Assembly: GCF_963921235.1 (NCBI RefSeq) | Contig: NC_086097.1 | Location: 175,772,001 to 175,836,000 of the forward strand | Reading direction: 5' to 3' | Origin: Mobula hypostoma | Taxonomy: Eukaryota | DNA length: 64,000 nucleotides | In this document: one piece after another, positions 38,531-50,029 of the stretch | Position numbering within the stretch: position 1 is the stretch's first letter | Layout of the letters: every line of letters starts with the position of its first letter | Made by a program: the position numbers and the translations under genes | Notes under the pieces: model-generated | Seen by the model: only the letters and a program-made list of their open reading frames with translations | The model's database searches: none | Told to the model about the DNA's origin: nothing

Positions 38531-41167
38531 CATGACATTAGCCGGGAGGATGTGGAATCGATATGGGTAGAGCTGTATAACACTAAGGGGCAGAAGATGC
38601 TGGTGGGAGTTGTGTACAGGCCACCTAACAGTAGTAGTGAGGTTGGGGATGGTATTAAACAGGAAATTAAAAATGTGTGCAATAAAGGAACAGCAGTTAT
38701 AATGGGTGACTTCAATCTACATATAGATTGGGTGAACCAAATTGGTAAGGGTGCTGAGGAAGAGGATTGCTTGGAATGTATGCAGGATGGTTTTTTTGAA
38801 CCAACATATTGAGGAACCAACTAGAGAGCAGGCTATTCTGGACTGGGTTTTGAGCAATGAGGAAGGGTTAATTAGCAATCTTGTCGTGAGAGGCCCCTTG
38901 GGTAAGAGTGACCATAATATGGTGGAATTCTTCATTAAGATGGAGAGTGACATAGTTAATTCAGAAACAAAGGTTCTGAACTTAAAGAAGGGTAACTTTG
39001 AAGGTATGAGACGTGAATTAGCTAAGATAGACTGGCAAATGACACTTAAAGGGTTGACGGTGGATATGCAATGGCAAGCATTTAAAGATCGCATGGATGA
39101 ACTACAACAATTGTTCATCCCAGTTTGGCAAAAGAATAAATCAGGGAAGGTAGTGCACTGTGGCTAACAAGGGAAATTAGGGATAGTATCAATTCCAAAG
39201 AAGAAGCATACAAATTAGCCAGAAAAAGTGGTTCACTGGGAGAAATTCAGAGTCCAGCAGAGGAGGACAAAGTGCTTAATTAGGAAGGGGAAAAAAGATT
39301 ATGAGAAAAAACTGGCAGGGAACATAAAAAGTGACTGTAAAAGCTTTTATAGATATGTGAAAAGAAAAAGATTGGTTAAGATGAATGTAGGTCCCCTACA
39401 GACAGAAACAGGTGAATTGATTATGGGGAGCAAGGACATGGCAGACGAATTGAATAACTACTTTGGTTCTGTCTTCACTAAGGAGGACATAAATAATCTT
39501 CCGGAAATAGTAGGGGACAGAGGGTCCAGTGAGCTGGAGGAACTGAAGGAAATATATGTTTGTAGGGAAGTACATGGTGTTGGGTAAATTAAAGGCAGAT
39601 AAATCCCCAGGGCCAGATGGTCTGCATCCCAGAGTGCTTAAGGAAGTAGCCCAAGAAATAGTGGATGCATTAGTGATAATTTTTCAAAACTTTTTAGATT
39701 CTGGACTAGTTCCTGAGGATTGGAGGGTGGCTAATGTAACCCCACTTTTTAAAAAAGGAGGGAGAGAGAAACCGGGGAATTATAGACCGGCTAGCCTAAC
39801 ATTGGTGGTGGGGAAAATGCTAGAGTCAGTTATCAAAGATGTGATAACAGCACATTTGGAAAGCGGTGAAATCATCGGACAAAGTCAGCATGGATTTGTG
39901 AAAAGAAAATCATGTCTGACGAATCTCATAGAATTTTTTGAGGATGTGACTAGTAGAGTGGATAGGGGAGAACCAGTGGATGTGGTATATTTGGATTTTC
40001 AAAAGGCTTTTGACAAGGTCCCACACAGGAGATTAGTGTGCAAACTTAAAACACATGGTATTGGGGGTAAGGTATTGATGTGGATAGAGAATTGGTTGGC
40101 AGACAGGAAGCAAAGAGTGGGAATAAACAGGACCTTTTCAGAATGGCAGGCAGTGACTAGTGGGGTACCGCAAGGCTCAGTGCTGGGACCCCAGTTGTTC
40201 ACAATATATATTAATGACTTGGATGAGGGAATTAAATGCAGCATCTCCAAGTTTGCGGATGACACGAAGCTGGGCGGCAGTGTTAACTGGGAGGAGGATG
40301 CTAAGAGGATGCAGGGTGACTTGGATAGGTTAGGTGAGTGGGCAAATTCATGGCAGATGCAATTTAATGTGGATATATGTGAGGTTATCCACTTTGGTGG
40401 CAAAAACAGGAAAACAGATTATTATCTGAATGGTGGTCGATTAGGAAAAGGGGAGGTGCAACGAGACCCGGGTGTCATTATACACCAGTCATTGAAAGTG
40501 GGCATGCAGTGAAAAAGGCGAATGGTATGCTGGCATTCATAGCAAGAGGGTTTGAGTACAGGAGCAGGGAGGTACTACTGCAGTTGTACAAGGCCTTGGT
40601 GAGACCACACCTGGAGTATTGTGTGCAGTTTTGGTCCCCTAATCTGAGGAAAGACATCCTTGCCATAGAGGGAGTACAAAGAAGGTTCACCAGATTGATT
40701 CCTGGGATGGCAGGACTTTCATATGATGAAAGACTGGATCGACTAGGCTTATACTCGTTGGAATTTAGAAGATTGAGGAGGGATCTTATTGAAACGTATA
40801 AAATCCTAAAGGGATTGGACAAGCTAGATGCAGGAAGATTGTTCCCGATGTTGGGGAAGTCCAGAACGAGGGGTCACAGTTTGAGGATAAAGGGGAAGCC
40901 TTTTAGGACCGAGATGAGGAAAAACTTCTTCACACAGAGAGTGGTGAACCTGTGGAATTCTCTGCCACAGGAAACAGTTGAGGCCAGTTCATTGGCTATA
41001 TTTAAGAGGGAGTTAGATATGTCCCTTGTGGCTAAAGGGATCGGGGGTATGGAGGGAAGGCTGGTACAGGGTTCTGAGTTGGATGATCAGCCATGATCAT
41101 ACTGAATGGCGGTGCAGGCTCGAAGGGCCGAATGGCCTACTCCTGCACCTATTTTCTATGTTTCTGT
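38531..41167 (+). mobile_element. young 5'-truncated CR1 (about 2.6 kb) nested in an older CR1 (about 38250-43030)
   Basis: Long ORF2 pieces at 39556-40512 and 40509-41096 with [25 protein letters not shown]; ttctatgtttct tail; the host resumes at gatggggaaaat. Confidence 0.9.
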
Positions 41168-43030
41168 AAGATGGGGAAAATAACGTTGGTGCTGGATTCC
41201 AAGAGAAGGAATTTGTAGAATGTCTACGAGATGGCTTTGAGGGCAGCTTGTGGTTAAGCTTACTAAGGAAATGACAATTCTGGATTGGGGGTTGTATAAT
41301 GAGCCAGATTTGATTAGAGCACTTAAGGTAAAGGAACCCTAAGGGTAAATAATCATAATATAGAGTCTGAGAGGCAGAAGCTAAAATCAGATGTATCGGT
41401 GTTATTATGGAGTAAAGGGAATTATAGAGACAGGAGTGAGGGGCTGGCCAAAGTTGATTTGAAGGGGACATCTGCATGGATGAGTAAGAGCAGCAATGGC
41501 TGCAGCTTCTGGGAGCATTTGGAAGATGCAGGATCAGTTCATCCCAAAGAAGCAGCAGCAGCATTCTAAAGGAAAGGATATGGCAACTGTCGCTGACAAG
41601 GGAAGTCAAAGACAGCATAAAAGCAAAAGAAAGGGCATACAATATAGCAAAAATTACTGGATGCTGGAGGATTAGAAAGCTTTTATAAACCAAGAGAAAG
41701 TGATTTAAAAAAACAATAGAGGAAAAAGATAAAATATGAAAGTCAAGCTAACCAGTAATATAAAAGAAGATGGGAAGTGTTTCTTTTAGGTAAGTAGTAA
41801 GAGAAGTGAGAGTGTATTTTGGACCACTGGAAAATAATGCTGGAGAGGTAGTAATGGACTACACCGCAAGGTTTTGAAAAAGTTAGCTGAGAGATTGTGG
41901 AGGCACTGCTAGTGATCTTCCAAGAATCAATAGACTCTGGAATGGTTCCAGAGGACTGGAAAATTGTAAGAAGGGACAGAGGCAAAAAACAGGAAGTTAA
42001 TAGGCCAGTTAGCCTGACTTCAGTGGTTGGCGAGATGTTGGGAACCAATTATTAAGGATGAGGTAATGGGGTACTTGGACATATGATAAAATAGGCTTAA
42101 ATCAGCATGGTTTCCTTGAAAGGAAATCTTGCCTGACAAATCTGTTGGAATTCTTTGAGGAAATAACTGGCAGGATAGACAATGGAGAGTCACTAGATGT
42201 TTATTTGGATTTTCAAAAGGTCTTTGACTAGGTGCCACACATGAGACTGCCAAACAAGATAATCATCCATAATATTACAGGGAAGATACTAGCATGGGCA
42301 GAAGATTGGCTGATAGGTAGGAGGCAAAGCGTGGGAATAAGGGGGGGCTTTTTTGGTTGGCAGCCAGTGGCTAGCGGTGTTCTGCAGGGATTGATGTTGG
42401 GACTGTTTCTTTTAAATTATGTCAATGATCTGGATGGTGGAATTGATGACCTTGTGGCCAGGTTTGCCAATCATACGAAGATAGATGGAGGGGCAGACAA
42501 TGTTCAGGAAGGAGGGAGTCTGCAGAAGGACTGGAACAGATTAGGAGAATGGGCTAAGAAATGGCAAATGGAATACAGTGCAGGGAAGAATATTGTGTTC
42601 ATTCTGGTTGCCTTGTTTTTGGAAGGAGGTGAAAGCTTTAGGGAGCGTGCCAAGGAGATTTACCTGAATGCTGCATGGATTAGTGATCGTGTCTTATGAG
42701 GAAAGGTTGTGCAAGGAGTTTGGAGTGAAGGAGGTGACTTGATAGAGGTGAATAAGAAATTAAGAGACATAGAGACAGCCTGCACTTTTTTCCTAAAGCA
42801 TCATAAGCTAATATGAGAGGGCATAATTTTAAGGTGATTGGAGAAAAGTATGGAGGGGATGTCAGGTGGTGGTAGTAGAGGCAGGTACATTAGGGACATT
42901 TAGATAGGCACATGGATGAATGAAAAATGGGTGGTTATGTGGGAAGGAAAGATTAGATTGATCTTGGAATAGGTTAAAAGGTTGGCAAAATGTGCGCCAA
43001 AGAACCTATGCTGTTCTGTTCTATGTTTGG
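41168..43030 (+). mobile_element. older degenerate CR1 ORF2 and 3' end
   Basis: Colinear similarity to 14150-16250 and to CR1 3'UTRs. Confidence 0.75.
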
Positions 43031-43889
43031 TTTTTGTTTGAACTTGAAAGCTAGTTTACAAGTGCAGTGGAGATTTCCCCAATATTTACATAGAACATAG
43101 AAATTGACAGCACATTATAGGCCTATTGGCCCACAATGTTGTGCTGACCATGTAACCTACTCTAGAAATTGCCTAGAATTTCCCTACCTCATAGCCCTCT
43201 ATTTTTCTAATCTCCATGTACCTATCTGAGAGTCTCTTAAAAGACTCCATTATATCCGCCTCTACCACTGTCGTTGGTAGTCATCATAATATTTATGTGG
43301 GATGCTGGTATTTGGGGTTTTTATAGGTAGATTAAAAATGACAGGATTTAATTCTTTAAAGCAGTTTAAGAAAAGGGGCAATAGCTTAGTTCAATATTGA
43401 GCTGCTATGCTGGGGTAGATGGGGGTGCATGGGAAAAACTTTTCAATGATTAGACGGCTGATAACAAAACAGATTTAAAATGATTACCAAAAGAAAATTG
43501 AATCATGAAGGGTCTCAGTCCAAAATGTTGGCTTTTCATTGCTCTCTATAGATACTACCTGAACTGGTGAGTTACTTGAGCAATTTGTGTGTCTTACTCT
43601 AGATTTCCAGCATCTGCAAAATCTCTTGTGGTTTTGAATTATGAAGATTTTCTTTCTGTTTAATGAGTTGGGATACTGTAGATAGTGGGTGGTGGAAGCA
43701 GAGTCATAAGGTACTTGGTCAAAGGTACTGGAAAATGAGAAATATTGAAGCATCTTGAAAATGTGGGATTAATTGGAAAGTTCCTTCAGAGCTTGTATAA
43801 ACCTTTTGCACTATCATCTGATTGGTTGTCTCTCTTTGGTTTGCCTCACTGCTCATTTAATTATTCCCATGTCTTTTTTTCCTTGGCAG

Positions 43890-44037
43890 ATATAAATTGT
43901 TGAGGTACTCTAAAGAACGCCAACCCCTGGATGGGTTGAACAACTTAAAGTATACTCCAAATATAACTCTCCACTTCTTGTACAAAAACATCACTGTGAA
44001 CCTTACACCAGAGTTGGCCCCCGTGGCTGAGGATTAA
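43890..44037 (+). CDS. B4GALT6: B4GALT6 last coding exon (exon 9)
   Basis: polypyrimidine tract plus ggcag|; (R)YKLLRYSKERQPLDGLNNLKYTPNITLHFLYKNITVNLTPELAPVAED*; TAA at 44035-44037. Confidence 0.95.
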
Positions 44038-47000
44038 AGAGGATGAGACCACCCTGAATTTTGACAGCTTCCCTGGAATATTGAATTTCAGCATACTTTG
44101 TTCTGGCGGTTCAGTGAAAGGCTTTTGAGGGTCTTGAGAAACTGCCAAAGCACCTCGGATGTGATTTTTTAATGACGGCTCAAGTCCTGAAGTTTGAACA
44201 GCTGATTGTTATCTGCATGTGTGTGCACTAGCTTTGCTAATGAGTTTATCATGCGTTTCGACAGAAAGCACCCCAAATCATTCAGAAATCAAGAGGTGCA
44301 TACAGCAGGGCCGCTCATTATTAGGTCCTGCCATTCTTGTATTAGCTTTCTTGTCATGGTCAGCTGTTCCTGTACAAAGTTATTAATGCCAATGGAATTC
44401 CCATTTGTAGGTGTTGTATAACCTATTGTAATTTTTAGCTAAAATGAAGGCTTGTGGTCTACTTCAATTAATGCTATGGATTTGTAAATATACTGTAAAA
44501 TTGTGCACTTTGCCACTCCTTTTTTATACTGTTGAACTAATGCATTTGTGATGTTCCTTTTAAAAAGGAAGTATGTATATGTATGTATTTAACTTGGCAT
44601 GCAAGATCAAAATGTATATAGTCTAAGACACATCATTTACTTTCCCTATGGAATAGTGGAAAGAATTCCAGTATAATATTTGGCCTCTGGTAGCTATTAA
44701 TTTACCTGGTTACAGTAGCAGTTTATATTACTAAATCACATGATCTAGTTATGACCCAAATACTTTTGAAAGTAATATTAGTTTAGCCTGAGATTAATTT
44801 CAGAATGGAATGGTGCTCTCCAAGGCGTTTAGTAAATGGGTAACTGCTTACAAAAGTCAAAATATGAGAGATGTGTGTTTTTTAAATCTCTTTAAAGCAG
44901 TTGAAAATAAACTAGTAGCTAAACTGAGATGTTATCTTGTAGGGTTTTGTGTGTGCAGACACTTCAGAAACTACTGACTGTTACCAGTTGCCTGAGTAAT
45001 TCTATAGCCACTATGCTCATCTGACTCTTAAAGCAGTGGCACATCCGTTACCCTGTGGATTTCCTGCATGTTTTCAAGTTTGCTATTTGTAAGATCGCAA
45101 TCCTCAGATTCAGATGTGGAATTTGAGACCCTGTTTTCTGATTTTTTTTTTTGTTAACCTTGCAAAGGAAGCATTATAAAATATAGTGTATGCCAATAGA
45201 TATAAAAGCATGGGTCAAAGCCGAGTAGCTAGGTACAAGTTTTTAAAATGTATTCCTTTGGACCATTGTATATATGCCAGTAACACTGAAAAAACAGATT
45301 ATTCTGTGAATATAGATTTTGGTAATGTTCTGTTCTTTTGATTTTTTAAAAATTGTGATTTATAGGTGATCTTTAAAAATCTGCAGTTACATTGATTTTA
45401 ATCTGATGGGATGTTGATGTAATTGCTAGACTTCAACACCAAGGGAAGAAAGCATCTTTGCTCTTCAAAGAAGATTATTTGTTTTCTAATTTAATTTGGT
45501 TCAAAATGGGCTGTTTCGCTGAGTAGACTGAAAAGGGATTCCTCATTTGTGGACTACAGTTCTTTAGTTGTGGATGAGCCTGGTATTGTTTATTTTTTTC
45601 ATTGTACATTTGCAGATCTTTTCTCTATAACTTTTCATAATTGCCACTAACCACAGTTGGGAACTTCAGCTCTTTTGGCTTGAGTTGTGTATTACTTCTG
45701 AATGTATTTGAAGTGTATAAACCAAGTACCTTGTAAGGCATACAAAATATTTTGCCACAAATAGTAAGGGAGAATAGTTTTGTATATGGAAATGTAGGAA
45801 GTCTTAAGACACATCATTTACTTTCCCTACGATGTAGTGGAAAAAATTCCAGTACAGTATATTATCTGGGTCTCTGGTAGTTATAAACTTTATCTGGTTA
45901 CAGTAGGGATTTGTATTACTATATTACAAACCAGTTATGACTTGGAAAATAAAGTGCGCTTCAAAAATACAAATGATTCAACAGAAACGATGCCCTTGCA
46001 GTAAATTTGGATGATGTCATCCAGCAAAGAGGGAGAGAAACATTTGAGGTGACAGCATCAAACATAGCGAGTTGCTGTTACTAATGACCACCTCCTGGCC
46101 ATTATGTTAGTTGATGTACATTTTCCCTACTGATTGCCTTAATCATTTTCTGTTCAGTATATGCTTAAGTGAACCATTAAAGCACTGAAGAGTGGGATCC
46201 AGAAGAATTATTCTGAAATTATATGGGGAAAAAATGCGCTAATCTTATTGAGCTTGTTGAGTTTTGTTTAATCCAGCCAAAGTTAACCTAGAGTTTGAAG
46301 TTCCAGCAGTGATTCCGGATCAGTTTTGATTTGAATTTTACCTATTTTTTGGGTTTCTTGTCTGTACTCTCCATTCCCTTCCATTGCTTCCTTTCAAGTG
46401 ACTTTAGGCATAGTAACACACTGGTTAAATCTCTGGAGTTAAAATCCCAGACCATAATCTATAGAGATCTCTTGGCAGCTGGGAAATTTAAATTCGACCA
46501 ACGTGTTGAAATAAAGCCAATCTTAGGACTAGCAACTCCCATGTTGTCCTTAAAAGCTGATTTGATTTATTAAGGCATTACAAAGTATGAAATCTAACAT
46601 CTTTGTAACACGCATTCCAGGTCTACCAGTATGATTGATTCTTAATTCTCTTTTCGGTTCTGGGATAATTTGAGGATGTGTATCAAAATGCTGGTGTGAA
46701 TGGTAATGTTCACATTCTTGAATGAATGAAAGTAAAAATGTTCAAATTTTCTCAGAGGGTAAGCATGGAATATAGAGTGACTGCCACTGTTGTAGAATAC
46801 AATGCATATTAATCCCACCAACAATCAGCCTGCTTCAGCTTCTAAGGAATACTTTTCATAACTTATAATAACCTGGCATTGTAATTTTTTTAGTAGATCT
46901 TCTGTTTGTATGTGCTTCTGCAAACTTTGTTCCTTCAAGCGGGAAGAGACTGCAAAGTATTTTGCTTCTCAAAGGAAATGAAGTATGAAATTTTTAAATT

Positions 47001-48080
47001 AATATATCTAATCATATCCAAAACAGATATTCTCCCTTCCCAGTAATAATTCTGTACATTTACTAGGACATTTGTTAAGCAATGGACAACAAATTTGACA
47101 AGATCTCAACTCTTTGGAATGTAGGATTCTCCTACAATAGGGAGTAGTCAGGGTGTCATTTCTGAGGCGTTCTTTCCCTTTTAGAGCAGAAGGAACAGGG
47201 ACGGGTGAATTCGATCTGATTATCATCCTGCCTGGTGAGTTAAAGATGTATGGAGGTCTGATGATGTGATGTATGCAATTGGTTTATGCCTCTGATTAAA
47301 AGCCATGTCATTATATTAAATTAATGACTAAAACAAGACTTGAAATTTAACTACTTACTAACTGCAATATCCAACCACTATTAATTAAACCAAATATGTG
47401 CAAAGTTAGTGCTATTATTTTGCTGCCTAATTTAGCTTTGAAATTGCACTTTGTCTAGTCATACATTTGGTTAAAATTCACTGAAAGGAATGTCAGGTTA
47501 TCCAAAGAATTAATATCTGAAATCTAGTTGGTTCTATTTTTAAAAAAAAAGTAAAATGAAACCTTCATGCAGGATGCGTCCTAATTTTTGAAATTTTAAC
47601 CTTGTAAAACTTGACCAACAATGTACATTTTAATTTAACCCTCATGTATCTGCTTTTATTTTTCAATATTAACTGAAAGTATTGTGCACTTTAACTTTTA
47701 TCTATACATTATCTATAATATATTTGATATATATTTAAATCTATATGTATTGGATTTTAAATTGGAGGGGTGTAAACTTCATTTCAAAACTTAAAAACCT
47801 GTAATAGTGGCAGAAATTGTTTTCTGTTCAAAAGTTCATGTTGCTAATCATAATACATTTATGTAAGATGTTGTAAATCACATTTACTTTCAAAAAACAT
47901 TATGAAGTTAATTTATAGGCAAAATTGATTGTAGTATGCTGCAGGAGGAATGAAAAGGCATGCTAATTTGTACATTGCACAGTCACCTAATTGTTTAAGT
48001 ATCTATTTAGCAATGTTTTTGGTAATATTTGTACATTTTGTATCATTTTATGAGAATAAACAATACCAGCCACTAACCTT
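44038..48080 (+). other. probable long B4GALT6 3'UTR
   Basis: AT-rich stretch with no recognisable TE between the stop codon and AATAAA at 48055-48060, which is followed by a GT-rich tract; the 3' end is inferred. Confidence 0.6.
48055..48060 (+). terminator. candidate B4GALT6 distal polyadenylation signal
   Basis: AATAAA with upstream TGTA motifs and downstream ttatgtgtgtctct. Confidence 0.55.
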
Positions 48081-48499
48081 TATGTGTGTCTCTACCTTGG
48101 TTTTAAAGCAAGTGTCCTTGCACTGCGGTGTTCAGTAGTATTTGAAGTAGAAAGTTGGAACAACAATGAACTAGGATTCCAGATTTTACATAAAGCAATT
48201 TAGGTTAGCATCCTTGGTAAAATAATCACATCTAATATAAATTGGCAGAAGTTTTAAAAAAAACTGTGCCTTTAAGTAATGAGAACATACTGAAGAAAAA
48301 CTCCCTTATGGGTGTCTGCAGAGATAAAGAATAAAAGGACTAGCATGCAAAAACGTCTAACCTGTTGAAGTACAAAATCAGTGTTACAGTTTACATTGCT
48401 TAGATAAAAATGTTTTAATTAGTTTATGATCAATTACAAATATATTCAAAATGCAAGCCAAAGTTTTAACTTAGGTTTGCACAAATCACAACATTGACC

Positions 48500-48505
48500 T
48501 TTAAT
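48500..48505 (-). terminator. candidate TTR polyadenylation signal
   Basis: ATTAAA on the - strand about 70 nt after the TTR stop, followed by GT-rich tgttgtgatttgtg. Confidence 0.5.
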
Positions 48506-48573
48506 TCATTAGTTTCTGAATCATTTTCACATATGAAGGGTGAACAGCCTTTATGGGAGGCCACCAATGTATT

Positions 48574-48678
48574 CTAATGTGGATTTCTAATCAGCCCTGT
48601 AGAGGAGTAGGAGTAGGGACTGAGAAGAACTGCAAGAATGTAGTGTTGTTGGCTTGCTCTCGGTACACGGAAGACCAC
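48574..48678 (-). CDS. TTR: transthyretin, last coding exon (exon 4)
   Basis: ttttcatttcag| acceptor; VVFRVPRASQQHYILAVLLSPYSYSSTGLIRNPH* matches TTR LLSPYSYS and lacks the C-terminal YRGS of HIU hydrolase; not in the ORF track. Confidence 0.93.
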   Translation of the reverse strand: MVFRVPRASQQHYILAVLLSPYSYSSTGLIRNPH

Positions 48679-50029
48679 CTGAAATGAAAAGCAACAATAG
48701 ATTATCAACTTAATTGGAACTCTTCCTGTCAGACTTTGGCATTTGAGATTTTACCAACAGACTAATGATTAGTAATTTTTTTTAAACATGCAGATGCTGG
48801 AAATCTGAAATAAATAATTTACTATTACTGGAAGCACTTAGTATCTTCAAACTGAAGTGTTCACTCCATTCCCCTTCTAGATGCTATCAGCTCTTAATTC
48901 TAGCTCCACCTGCAAGTGATCCCCATAAACCTACTTTCAACTTTGAAGTAATGCATTTGGACGTGCAGGAATATAAGAAACTGCAGAGATGAGTGGATTC
49001 AGCTCAACATATCAGACTCATTTATTGGAACAGTGAAATGCATTGTTTGTGCTAACAGCCAACACAACCCAAGGATGTGCTGCAAGAGTCACCACATATT
49101 CCACCACCAGCATTGCATGTCCACAGAACAATGCAATCAGCAACAACAAGGCAACAAAACAGCAAATGAGCCCAGTTTCTCCCTCCCACTTACCTATACA
49201 AACCTCCAAACACAGGAGTCTGTCTTGGGCATATCCCTTTCCACCGTCAGTACTACCTGTTGGAAGCACTGCCTCAAGTAGGTAACGTCATCAAAGATCT
49301 ACACCATCTTGTCTCTGCCATTTTCTTGCAGCTATTATCCAGCAGGAATCCCACACCAATAGGTTCAAAAACTAACTTCCTTTCAACTAATTGGTTCTTG
49401 AACAAACTTGCACAGCCCCAATCACTACAGTTTAGTAACACTATGGTCACATTGATCCCTTTGCACTAAAATGGATTTTGTTTTTGTAATGGTATTATTT
49501 TTGTATGTTTTTAATATCTTGTTTCTTGCAACAATTGTCTATCTGGTTCTATGTACCCTTGATACTGCTGCAAGTAAATTTTTCATTATATCTATACTTA
49601 TGACAAATTTAACTTGTGAATCAGGTTTATTGACATTGAAATGTCATCAAATTTGTTGTTTTGCGGCAGCAGTACAGTGCAATACATAAAAATAGACAAA
49701 TTATAATGTATAAAATTAAGTAGCAAAAAGAGCAAACTAATAAGTAATGTTCATGTGTTCATTGGCTGTTCTAAAATCTGATCATGGGGAAAGAAGTTGC
49801 TAAAACGGTGAGTGTGTGCCTTCAGACTCTAGTATCTTATCTCTGGCTTTGCCTTTAAACCCTCGCCTCTCCTAGATTCCAAAATCTTGGTCTCAAAATA
49901 TTTGACTACTTAAGCTGTCTGAAGACCCACCTGTTAAAGGATCTCCAATCAGAAATATTAGCTATTCCTCTCCCTGCTAATACACTCAATTTTGTTTCTA
50001 AAAGGGTTTTTCTAACGAATTTAATATTA

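Noticed and set aside
4886..44037. Calling the gene B4GALT5
   Set aside because: Exon 3, 8 and 9 diagnostic residues and the tail-to-tail TTR linkage favour B4GALT6
44621..44755. H/ACA snoRNA interpretation of the duplicated UTR element
   Set aside because: ANANNA and ACA are present, but two clear pocket-bearing hairpins cannot be drawn in both copies and the location is not intronic; left for an Rfam search
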